Shown here in pieces: positions 38,701 to 50,392 of a stretch of DNA of 64,000 nt. Numbering within the stretch: position 1 is the first letter of the stretch; each line of letters begins with the position of its first letter. The notes under the pieces are model-generated. The model was not told the DNA's origin. It worked only from the letters and a program-made list of their open reading frames with translations, and did not search any database. The stretch covers positions 19,656,001 to 19,720,000 of the forward strand of contig NC_087437.1 in the NCBI RefSeq assembly GCF_036321535.1, given 5' to 3'. A program made the position numbers and the translations under genes. The DNA is from Camelus dromedarius. Its lineage: Eukaryota.

Positions 38701-40573
38701 ATTTTTTTAATTTTATTTTTTATTGAAGTGCAGTTGAAGTTGATTTACAATGTAGTTTCTGGTGTCAGCAAAGCGATTCAGTTATACATACACATACGTA
38801 TACATTTTCTTTTCAGATTCTTTTCTATTATATGTTATTACAAGAAATTGAATATAATTCGCTGTGCTACACAGTAGGTCCTTGTTGTTTATCTATTTTA
38901 TATATAGTAACATGTATCTGTTAATCCCAAACTCCCTCCCCCGCCTTTCCCCTAAGATGTCACAATGTATTTATCCTTTCTACTGTGGATTGACATTTGG
39001 GCTCTTTCCAGTTTGAAACTGTCACAAACAATGCAGCAATAAACACTCTTGCATATGTCTCCTGGGTCCACGTGTGCAAGAATTTCTCTAGGGTAAATGT
39101 CTGGGAGTGGGAATGGTACTCCTGGATCACTGGATGGGTACCTTAAATTCTACTATGAAACAATTTGTCCAAGAATTGTAGTGCTTTTCATCCCCACCAA
39201 GAGAATAAGATAGTTCCTGTTGCTCCACATTGTCATCAATGTTAGGTATGATCAAGCTTTTAATTTTGAACAATCTGGTGGTTATATGTCTCATAATAAA
39301 TTAATTATGAAATTAGGATACAACCTAAGAGTCCATCAGTGGATGAATAGATAAAAAAGATGTGATATATACATATACATATATATATATATATATTATA
39401 TATAAAGTGAAAAATTATTATTCAGCATTTGTAAGTTCTTACTGGGATTGCATTGAATTGATATGTTATTTTTGGAGAGAAATGACATCTTTAAAATAAA
39501 AAAATAATTTATATCTCACTTGGTATGTCTTGACATTTATTTAGGTCTGTTTATTGTCTCTTGATAATGTCTTATAGTATTCTCTGTAGAGGTCTTTTAT
39601 TGTAATCATTTTTGTTATTTTTGATGTTTCTCTTTAATGTTTTTATTATTTATGGCTCATATATAGAAAGACAAATGATTTTTGCATATTATTTTTGTAT
39701 CCAATAATCTTGCTAGAGGGTCTTATTGATTCAAATGACTTTTATGCAGAGTTTTTTACTTTCCACATTCACAGTCTTATAATCTGCTAACAGTAATAGT
39801 TTGTTTCCTTTTCCCCCAAATCTTTATACCTTCTTTTTTCTTTCTTTCTTTTTTAATCATGCTCACTAAATCCTCCAGGGCAAAATTGAACAAAAGAGAT
39901 AAGAGTAGCATACTCACCTTAGTCACAGAAGGGGACGCTTTCAAAGTTTAAAAATTAAATATGACTTTTGACATAAGATTAATATATATATTATTATAAC
40001 ATAATATTAATTTACACATATAGAGATATGTATACAGATACACGTACATTCATTTTAAAAGATGAGGCAGTTTCCATCTACTTATCCTTTTCTGAGACTT
40101 TTTAAAAATCATGAATATATATTGAATTTTAAAAACACCTTTCTGCATCTTTTAAATTAGCATTCCATTTATTTCTTTAAAAATGTTAATGTGTGAATTA
40201 CATTACTCTATTTTCTAAAATTAAATGAAAGTTGTTTTTCTGAAATAAGTCCCAATTTTAAATACTCTGTTAGGTCAGCTTGATAATTTTCTTTTCTGGG
40301 GACAGGGAATATTTGCATCTTGTATTCATGAAGGGGTTTGTCTTGAAATTTTCTGTATTTCTGTACTGTCCTTGTCAAATTTGGGCATCAGGATGATGTA
40401 AACTTGTGAATGAATTTGGAGCTGTTCTTACTTTTTCTATGATTAAGAAAATTTTATTTAAGATTGGAATTACGGGTTCCTTAAAAGTTTATTAAAATGT
40501 TAGCCTAGTGCTTTTTACAAGAGAAAATTTAAATTATTCGATCACTTTGTATATTGTTTGAATCAATATTCTT

Positions 40574-41021
40574 TAAAGTAATTTTTTATTGAAGTATAGT
40601 TGATTTACACTCTTGTGTTATTTTTCTGGTGTACAGCAAAGTGATTCAGTTTTTTCTTTTTCATATTCTCTTCCGTTATAGTTTATTACAGGATACTGAA
40701 TACAGTTCTCTGTTCTATACAGTAAGACCTTGTTGTTTATCTATTTTATATATAGTAGTTTGTATCTGCTACTCCCAGATTCTTAATTTACCCCTCCCTT
40801 TTCCCCTTTGGTAACTGTAAGTTTGTTTTCTATGTCTGTAAGTCTGTCTTCTGTTTTGTAAATAAGTTCATTTGTCTCATTTTTTTAGATTCCACATATA
40901 AGTGATATACGATATTTGTCTTTCTCTGTCCGACTGACTTCACTTAGTGTGGTCAGACCTAGGTCCAACCATGTTGCCCCAAATGGCATTATTTCATTCT
41001 TTTTTATGGTTGAAAAGTGGG
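40574..41021 (-). mobile_element. 5'-truncated young L1 3' end with TSD
   Basis: L1 3' terminus flanked by an 11-bp direct repeat TCAATATTCTT at 40563-40573 and 41022-41032. Confidence 0.85.
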
Positions 41022-42350
41022 TCAATATTCTTAATTGTGTTTTTATTATATTTTTATTGTATATGATGTTTACATTGTTAATGTGTATTTAAATCATTTT
41101 TAAGCTTTCAAACCTTTTGAAAGTTTCAACGATACCTCAGTGACAATTCATACACTTTACCTAGACACTGACATTGCTGTTTCGGCACATTTGTCCTTTC
41201 CTGCTTCCTTACTCTCTCTCACTGACTCCATCTCTCACTCACAGACACATACAGAAATATATATACACAATTCATGTTTTTTTCTGTGTCATTTAAGGGT
41301 TAGTTGTAGATGTAATATTTCACTCTTAAGTATTTCATTGTGTAGTGTTTTCCAACTACCATTCTCAGGTAATTTGCCATTGGTATTACTGTCTCAACTA
41401 ACATGCAATCTATATTCATATTTCTCCTAATGCTCCAATAGTGTCATTTATAGGTTTTTAAAAAAAATTTGTTGACCTAGACTCCAAGAAAATGTTATGT
41501 TTCTCTTTGCATTTCTCCTTAGTTTCCTGTACACAAGAATAATTCCCAAGCCTGTTAAAAAATATATATCTATCATAACATTGACATTTTGATGACAAGT
41601 TTCAGTTTTTTAAGAATTTATTTCAGAGTTTTCAAACTTATCAGCATAAATAGTTCATAATATCATCTATTATCTTTTTAATGTCTGTAACACATGCGGT
41701 TTTGTTCTCTTTTGCATTCTTAATATTGTTCATGTGTGCTTTCTCCCTTTTTTCTGAACTAATCATGCCAGAGTTTTGCCTGTTTCAATAATATTTTCTT
41801 TTGTTTAAGTTGAAATATAGTTGAGGTACAACATTATGTTAGTTTTAGATGTACTTCATAATGACTTGACATTTGAGTACACTATGAAATGATCACCACA
41901 ATCAGTCTAGTAACTATCTGTTCCTTTACAAAGTTATTACAACACTACTAACTGTATTCCCTATGCTGTGCACTACATTCCTGTGCCTTATTCTTTGTAT
42001 GACTGGGAGTTTGTACCTCGTAATCCCCTGTATCTATTTCACCCACTCTGTCTACCCCACTACCTTCTGGCAACCACCTGTCTGTTCTCTGTATCTATGA
42101 GTCTGTTCTCATTTTTGTTTGTTTTGTTTTCCTAGATTCCACATATAAGTGAGATCATATGGTATTTGCCTTTCTCCATCTGACTTTTTTCACTTAGCAT
42201 AATACCCTCTAGTCCGTCCATGTTGTTGCAAATGGCAAGATTTCTTTCTGTTTTATGGCTGAGTAATATTTCATTTTGTGTGTGTGTGTGTATATATGGT
42301 GTATATATGTGTGTATATATATACACATAACTTCGTTATCCATTCATTTT

Positions 42351-42513
42351 TTAAAAACTAGATTGCTTATTTTATTTATTTATTTTTTGGTAGGGGGAGG
42401 TAATTTGGTTTTAACTTATTGATTGATTTATTCTTAGTGGAGGAACTGGGGATTGAGCCCAGGACCTCATGAATGCTAAGCATGCGCTCTACCACTGAGC
42501 TGTACCCTCCCCC
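42351..42513 (-). mobile_element. tRNA-Ala-like SINE (vic-1 type), long-tail form, nested in L1
   Basis: A/B boxes on the minus strand. 12-bp TSD TCCATTCATTTT at 42339-42350 and 42516-42527. Confidence 0.9.
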
Positions 42514-43026
42514 TCTCCATTCATTTTGGATGGACACATAGATTGTTTTCATATCTTGGCTATTGTAAATAATGCTGCAGTGAACATTGGAGTGCATATA
42601 TATTTTTGAATTAATGTTTTTGTTTTTGTTTTGGGCAAATACCCAGAAGTGAAATTCCTCATATGGCAGTTCTATTTTTAATTTTTTGAGGAAATGCTGT
42701 ACTGTTTTTCATAATATCTGCACCTATTTACAATCCCACCAACAGTGCAGGATGGTGCCCTCTTTTCCACATCCTTGCCAGTACTCGTTATGGATTGTAT
42801 TTTTGATGATAGCTGTTCTGACCTCTCTTATGAGGTTGATTTTCATTTACTATGGTTTTGATTTGCATTTCCTGGAAGATTAGTGATGTTGAGCGTAATT
42901 TCTTTTCTTTCTTTTTTTTTTATTGAGTTATAGTCAGTTTACAATGTTGTGTCAATTCTGGTGTATAGCACAATGCTTCAGTCATATATGAATATATATG
43001 CATTCAATTTATTTATTTCTTACTAG

Positions 43027-43119
43027 TTTTTTTTTTTTTTTAATGGAGGTACTGGGGATTGAACCCAGGACCTTGTGCACGCTAAGCAAGTGCTCTACCA
43101 TTTGAGCTATACCCTCCCC
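43027..43119 (-). mobile_element. tRNA-Ala-like SINE (vic-1 type), short form
   Basis: Minus strand GGGGAGGGTATAGCTCAAATGGTAGAGCACTTGCTTAGCGTGCACAAGGTCCTGGGTTCAATCCCCAGTACCTCC plus A-tail. Confidence 0.9.
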
Positions 43120-43499
43120 ACTCCGAGCATCTTTTCTTGTGCCTGTTGGCCATCTGTATGTCTTCTTTGGAAAATGCTCTTTTAGATGGAATGCTCTCTA
43201 TATATTTGTTAAGGGCATCTGATTTAATCTATTGTTTAAGGCCAGTGTTTCCTTACTCATTTTCTGTTTGGTTGATCTGTCTGATGACATACATGGGGTG
43301 TTTAAGACGCCTACTATTATCATGTTACTTTCAATTTCTCCCTTTATTTTTGTTAATATTTGCTTTATGTATTTAGGTGCTGCTAAATATTTGGGTACAT
43401 ATATATTTACAATTTAACTCTCCTTGTTGGTTTGCTCTTTTTATCATTATGTAATGTCCTTCTTTGTCTCTTGTTACAGTCTTTGTTTTAAAGTCTCTT

Positions 43500-43921
43500 T
43501 TGTGAGATTTTGTGTGCACCCTTTAAGAGCAAAGCCTCTTTTTCCTATAGCCCTCCAGCTCTCCCGTGAAGCTCCACTGGCCTTCAGAACCAGATGTTCT
43601 GGGGGCTTGAACTCCTGGCGCAAGACCCTGGGGCTGAGGAGCCTGATGGGGCTCAGAAACCCCACCCCGTGGGGAGAACCTCTGCAGCTGTGATCATCTT
43701 CCCATTTGTGGGTGGCTTACCTGGGGGTGTGGGTCTTGACTACACTGTGCCTCCACTCCTCCTGTCATCTTGTTTGGTTCCTTCTTCGTATCTTTAGCTA
43801 TGGAAAATCTTTCCTGCTAGTCTTCAGGTCATTTAGAGATAGTTGCTCTGTAAATAGCTGTAATTTTGATGTGCCCATAAGAGGAGGTGAGCTTCGGGTC
43901 TTCCTACTCTGCCATCTTGGT
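43500..43921 (-). mobile_element. L1 5'UTR fragment
   Basis: GC-richer segment whose minus strand begins CCAAGATGGCAGAGTAGGAAGACCC, the YY1-site start typical of L1 5' ends. Confidence 0.75.
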
Positions 43922-44542
43922 TATTCAATAATCAACACATAGTAAGATTTTTTCCCCCAATCAGACAAGTTTTGTCTTTTAATTGAAGAGTTATTCCATT
44001 TGCATTTTTTAAAATATATACTTATCTCTCCCTGCTAACTATGTACTTTCCATTTGTCCCACTTTTTCTGTTTCTCTTCTCCTCTCCTCTTTTCTTGTCT
44101 TCTTTGGATTGATTGTTATTGCTAGTGTGGTTTTTCTTCTCATTTCATTTTTTTTTTTCAGTATCTTTTTTGGGGCAGTTATATCTTCTGTGTTTACTCT
44201 TTCAGCGGCTGAACTGCTATTTTAGCATGCATACCTAACAAATTATGGCAATATCTAGTGACCTCTCTAGCGATCTTCAGCTCCCACAACTGGCTGGAAC
44301 CACACTGATCCAAGCTGCATGCAGAAGTCCACTACAGAGAATGGCCTTTCCAATCCCTCCTTCCAGCAGCAGCCAACAGATTCCTCTAGCACCTCCCAAA
44401 TTCTGAGGCTTGATATCTACCTGATTGTGGCTTCTACTGTCACACCAGAGGATAGATCCTTATAGGTCCCACCAGTGCTGCACATCAGTGACTTTTCTGC
44501 TTGGTCCAGTGAGCCAAGCGTTGCTCTTTCCAGTGATGTTTG

Positions 44543-44654
44543 TGAAGTTTTTTTTTCTTTCTCTTTTTTATTTTTAAATGGAGGTCCTGGGGAGTGAACC
44601 CAGGACCTCATGCATGCTAAGCACGTGCTCTACTGCTGAACTATACCCTCCCCC
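44543..44654 (-). mobile_element. tRNA-Ala-like SINE (vic-1 type), short form
   Basis: A/B boxes on the minus strand. Perfect 17-bp direct repeat CTTTCCAGTGATGTTTG at 44526-44542 and 44654-44670. Confidence 0.92.
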
Positions 44655-45045
44655 TTTCCAGTGATGTTTGGGTCTCAGTCCAAGGGAAGGTGTGGAGAAC
44701 TCTTCCCTGGGTACTCTAACTTACCTACGGGACAGTGGTGGTTTCTTATATGGACTATTCCTGTAATCTTTGTAATTTTCTTTCACGCTCAGCAGCCAAT
44801 TCCGTATTACTCCAGTTTCCAGTTAACTATTCTTTGTATCACATTTTCTGTGTTCAAGTCACTGAGGGGATTCTATCTCCTGACAGAATTCTGACTAATA
44901 CATTTTCTAAAACATATTTGCTATTATTGCCCAATATTTTAGTCCTATCCTGTCTCCTTTGAAATAGACACTGCTCCTATTACTTTACAATGTGAATTTT
45001 TGTATATATTCAAACTGATATTTATTAATACATTTGCTCCCTATT

Positions 45046-45543
45046 TGTATTAGTCTCATGTTGCTGATGTAACAAACTCTGCAAACTTTGTGTCTCAGAA
45101 TAACACAAATTTATCATTTTACAGTTCTGTAGTCCAGAAGTCCAAAATGGGTCTCATTGGACCCACGTCAAGGTGTTGACAGAGCGACATTCTTTTCTGG
45201 AAGCTCTGGGGACAATCCATTTCCTTGCCCTTCTCAGCTTCTGAAAGGGGCCCACATTCCCCTCTCCCTCTGCCTTCAGTGTCAGCACGTTGGGCCAACT
45301 TTTCCTCTTGCTGTCCTTTCCCTGACCTCCTCTTTTGCCTCCCTCTTCCACATTTAAGGACCATTGTGATTACACTGTGCCCACTCAGATAATCCAGGGT
45401 AATTGCCTTATTTTAAGATCAGCTGATTGACAACTTTAATTCCATCTGCTACCTGAATTCTCCTTTGCCATGTAAGGTAATATATTTACAGATTCCAAGG
45501 ATTAGGATGTGGACATCTTCAGGGGCATTACCCTGCCTACCAC
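45046..45543 (-). mobile_element. MaLR LTR (MLT1C/D-like)
   Basis: TGTATTAGTCTC...ACAGTTCTGTAGTCCAGAAGTCC...GGATGTGGACATCTT...CTGCCTACCAC. Confidence 0.85.
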
Positions 45544-47179
45544 GACAATTCTTGTAACTCAGAGTTTCCACCTGGGTTTATTTCCCTATTCTTCTGCAAT
45601 TTATGTTAATGACAGCAATTTTGTTGACAATTTTTTTTTTTTTGGTCTGAAATGGCATTATTTTATTTTTATCATGGAAAGACGATTTCGACAATACTTT
45701 TCTTTCAGCATCTTGTGTCCTGGTTCCCACTGTTGCTACAGAACAGTCAGCATCAAATCGCTCTTTGTTTGTAGGTTGCTTTAAGTACTTCTCTTTGCTG
45801 TAGTGTTCTCAGGCTTCACTTTGATGTATTTTGTGTGGATTTTAAAAATACATTTACCCTTTTTTGAATTTGTTAGAATTTCTGAATTGGAGACTTGGTG
45901 ACTCTCAACAGTTCCGGCATGTTCCCAGGAGCTGTTTACTTTTGTATTGTTTCTTCCCATTCTCTCTCTTGGCCTCTTCTGGAATTCCAATTATAGTGAA
46001 TTCTCCATCTAGCTCTCATGTCTTTTGACTTTTCTTTTATATTTTTTAAACTCAATCTCTCTGGCCTGAATTTTGAGTAATTATTTGGATCTATTTTGCA
46101 GTTCCAAATTTTTCTCTTCAGATCCGTATAATTTGTTGATTAATTTGTTCATTTTTTATTTTAATAATTATATATTTTTATTTGTGAAGTTGTATTTTGT
46201 TCTTTCCAAAATCTGCTTCATTAATGGTTTCTTCTGTTGATTTTTTTCAAGATTCTTTTATATTTCTTCAGGTATATTAAACATATTTGTTTAAATTTTT
46301 ATGTCTCTAAATTCTGATACCTGATGTCTTAGTGTGTCTGTTTTTGCTCTGTTTGCTGGTTTGTAATCATATACATGTATGTAGTTTTTGAATTTGTGCT
46401 GTTTGTATTACTCCAAAATGTACCTGTGGTAATTCTTCGAGGGCTACACAAAGTTTTATTCCTCAGTGTATACATTTGTTTTTGCCACCTATAGGTGCTA
46501 CCACTTTGGGACTTTAATTTCAATTTCCTGCTTGGATTTGTACAATGCACAGATAACATTTTTTATTTAAGACCACAATCACATGAAATGGCTGGTTTAT
46601 ATCTATGGATGCTCTGGAGATTTTTTCATTTACCCAGGGCTAGGGTTTCAGCAGACAAGGGTCCCTGCTGTCCCTTTCTGTGTGATGAGGTTTATTCCTC
46701 ATTCTCATAGGAAAGGTGTAAGCTCTTAAAGTGGAGTGTAGACTTTAGGTTCTGAACATCACATGCTAGGCAGACATTAAAGGTGAAGCTCAAGGTCTAC
46801 AGGGCTGGCAAAATCACTCAGGGCAGAGCCAGCTTTGTTGTTCACATGCTTCCCAGGGTTTCAAGTTTCACTTAATTTTTCATTTTGCAGAATCCTTATT
46901 TTTGTGTCAGATCAGCAATGTATTTAAAACTTTCCTGTTTTGTCTTTTTTTTTTTTTAATAACTAATCTATCACATTGTTGGAAGTAGAAACTTTCAATT
47001 TGCATTTTATTCTTCTTACCATGTATTTGGTTTCCCCATTTGATATGAGTCCTATTTAATTTAATTTAACTGCTGTGTAATATTCCATTACATGAATATA
47101 TCATAATTGATGAACACATTTCCAGTTGATGGATATTTGTATTTTTCTTTTTTCATAATTATTAAAAATGCTGTAATGA

Positions 47180-47181
47180 AT

Positions 47182-47233
<52 letters not shown>
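47180..47233. repeat. Compound (TA)n(CA)n microsatellite
   Basis: Directly visible. Confidence 0.9.
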
Positions 47234-47287
47234 TTTTCATGTTCATGTGTATATTTTTAAAATCTATAGCTAATAGCTATGACTAGG

Positions 47288-47716
47288 TATTATGGATAGA
47301 ATTATACGCCTCCTCAGAAAGTCTCCCTTACTCCCAGTACTCAGAATATGACCTTATTTGGAAATAGAGTCCTTGCAGATATAATTGGTTCTGTTAAGAT
47401 GAAGTCCTATGAGTAGGGTGGGCTCCTTGTCCACTATGACTGGTGTCCTTACAAGAAGACAGCTGTATGAAGACATAGAGACCCAGAGAGAATGTCATGT
47501 GAAGACAGAGGCAGAGATTAGAGTCATGCTGCCACAGCCAAGGAACAGGGCTAGCGGAAACTGACAGGATCTTCCCCTAAAGTCTTCAGACAGAGCACAG
47601 CACAGCGGACACTGTGATTTCATATTCTGGCCTCCAGAACTGTGAGAGAATAAATGTGTTTTTTTAAGTCAGCCAGCTTGGGGTAGTTGGTTACTGTAGC
47701 CCTATGAAACCACTCT
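47288..47716 (+). mobile_element. MaLR LTR (MLT1B/C-like)
   Basis: CCCAGTACTCAGAATATGACCTTATTTGGAAATAG...TGGCCTCCAGAACTGTGAGAGAATAAAT. Confidence 0.85.
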
Positions 47717-47900
47717 GGATGGTGCAGTGTATGTGCATAATTAGTTCTGGTAGATTCTACCTAGTGCTTTCCAACGTGCTTCTGTCAGTTACATTCCCAC
47801 GATCAGTGTATGAATTTTACCAATGCTCTTCCTTCTCACCGAAGTATGGTTTTATTAGGCTTTCACAACTCTTTTATTTTGATAAGTATGAAATGGTGTC

Positions 47901-48249
47901 TGTTTTAGTCCGTCTGGGCTGCTATAGCAAAATAGCGCAGTCTGGGTAGCGTCCACACAATAGGATGTTATCTCTCACTGCTCTGGAGGCTGGAAATCCA
48001 AAGTCAGGGTACCAGCATGGTCAGATGAGGGCTTTCTGCTGGGCTGCCCACTCCTCGACATGGCCAAAGGAGCAAGGAATCTCTGCGGGATGTCGTTTCT
48101 AAGGAAACTAACCCCAATCTTGAAGTCGGAGCCTAATCACCTAATGATAACCCACTCACTTCCCAAAGACCCCAAGTCCTAAAACCATCAACGTGAGGGT
48201 TACGTTGCAATACTAATTTGGGGGGGATACAAATATTCAGATCACAGCA
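47901..48249 (-). mobile_element. MaLR LTR (MLT1A-like)
   Basis: TGTTTTAGTCCGTCTGGGCTGCTATAGCAAAATA...AATATTCAGATCACAGCA. Confidence 0.85.
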
Positions 48250-49839
48250 GTATCTTTTTATCATTTTTAATTTCTATTGCCCTGATGACCTGTGATATTG
48301 AGTATCTCTTTGTGTGTTTGTTTGCCTTTCAGATTTATTTTCCTATAAACTGCCAGTTTATAAATTTCCCCTGGTTTCTTAATTGCTTAGTTTATTTGTA
48401 TTGATTCGTAGAAGTTCTTCCTATATTCTGATACCAATCCTTTGTTAGTTATAGGGATTGCAAATACCAATTTTCACCCCATGGTTTCACATTTTATTTT
48501 TTATGGTGTCTTTTAATGACCAAAGTTCTTAATTTCGATGTACTGATCATATCAAATACTTTTCTCCATGATTTGTGCTTTTTGTTTTGTGCTTAGGAAA
48601 TTCTTCTAGACTTTTAAGTCACACATATATTCTCCTAAAATTTCTTTTAAAATTTATAATTTTGCAGTTTTAGAATGAAACCTTTGTTCCATCTGGATTT
48701 CTTTTATAGTCACTGATTGAGTAGTCTAACCTTTCCCCCATTGACTTCTAAGCACGTATTAAGTTTTTATATATGTATTCATCTATTTCTGGGCTCTGAC
48801 TGCTGGTCCAATTCTCTGTCCGTTGCTTCCCACAGTCCTAAGTACTGTTGTTGTCCATTTTCTAACTTTTTGAGTTGGATGCTTAACTGAAAAATCTTCA
48901 GATATTCATCTTTTCCAAGATGAACATTAAAGAATATTCTTTCTAAATACCAAATTATCTTCATTCTCTAAGTGTTAATATGTAGTATTTCGCTATTTTT
49001 CAGCTTCTAAATGTTTCTTAGTTTCAATTTTCTCTTTGGCCCATTAATCATTTAGAAATTTATCACTTTTATTTCCAAATGTGAGCAGTTAATAACATCT
49101 TTTGCTCTCAGTTGTATTTTAGTATAATGGTAATAAAAATATCCTCTAGATGATAGAGATTTCTTGGTACTTGATGATATTTGCTTTGTAAATATCCAAT
49201 TTGTAATTGAAAATTAAATTGTATTCTTTAATTGTTCATTGCTGGGTTTAAATTTGTCCATTAGAGCAGAATTTCTCATGGTATTGTTCAAATTTTCTCT
49301 ATTCTTGCTAAAACCTTATAGATGTGACATACAACTTACAAAATGAAGTGCATTAGCATATTTTATTATGATTGTAAGTTCATGGATATTCTCGTAATTA
49401 CATACATTTTTACTTTACACATTTTGAGATTTTTTTATTAAGTAAATGGAAGATTAGAACTACTAAATCTTCCTGGCAAATTTAATATTCTATATTTAAT
49501 GACCTCCATGAATTGTAGTAGTACTTTTTTATACACACATATAAGTACACACAATGTAGTTTTCAATTTTTTAAGGCAGTTCACTTGTAAACAGTTTATG
49601 GTAGCATTTTAAAAATACCTAATTTTGAATCTCTATTAATAGGTAAATTTAGTCCTTTCATATTTAGTAATGGTGTATTTGGATTTTTCATATCAATTAA
49701 TTTTGTTCTAATAAATTCACTTTTCTATGCTAATTTTTTTATTCCTTTACTGTCATTTGTTTGATCACATTTTCTTCCACCTTCTTTCCTCCTTAATTAT
49801 TTGAAATTATATGTTCTATAGGTTTTTAAACACCTGCAT

Positions 49840-50392
49840 TGTTGTGGAAAAATGTGTTACAGCTCAGCGTTATAGCTCAGTGTTACAGCTCCGTGTTACA
49901 GCTCAGCTGTGACAGAAACCTGGATCCAGGGAGAGACGAAGCAGCGCTCGGACAGTTGAAGAACGCAGGTTTATTACGCCACCGGGCCCACAAGAGTTAA
50001 CACTCCAAACTCTGGATGGCGTCTATAGGTTTACACAGGCTTTTATAGGCTGCCAGTTTACACTTTGCAACATCATATGCAAATAAAGTATAACAAAAGT
50101 TGACCAATTAGGAACAAGCTTTGTAGAACTAGATCAGTCGGGGAGAGAAATAACCAATCAGGAATGAAGGAAAAGGACCAATCAGGAGTGAGAGAAATAA
50201 CCAATCAGGAGTGAAGGAAACAACCAATCAGAAATGAGTTCAGGGAACCAATAGAATTTTAGGGGTAAATAAGCCGTTTCAGAGGAAAAAGTGAGATAGA
50301 GCCTCTGGGCCAGGGAACCAGATGGTGATGGCAGGAGAGTAGTGGCCCTGCCTGGGGGTCCTGCCGGTCTTTTTATGGGGCTTCCCACCTCA
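49840..50392 (-). mobile_element. Well-preserved ERV1-type solo LTR (553 bp)
   Basis: TG...CA termini and 4-bp near-TSD GCAT/GTAT. On the minus strand, in U3-R-U5 order: CCAAT array (50104-50252), octamer (50077-50084), TATAAAA (50041-50047), AATAAA (49970-49975), 12-bp U5 tandem repeats. Many CpGs retained. Confidence 0.85.

Larger units (their letters stand above)
38700..49830 (-). mobile_element. About 11-kb pile of nested antisense L1 fragments of several ages, hosting SINE and MLT1 insertions
   Basis: Continuous T-rich antisense L1 ORF1, ORF2 and 3'UTR motifs. Younger L1 3' ends start near 38720, 40583 and 41800. Confidence 0.8.

Noticed and set aside
49854..50252. Regularly spaced short repeats superficially like a CRISPR array
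   Set aside because: Mammalian DNA, no unique spacers and no cas genes. The repeats are tandem units inside an LTR.
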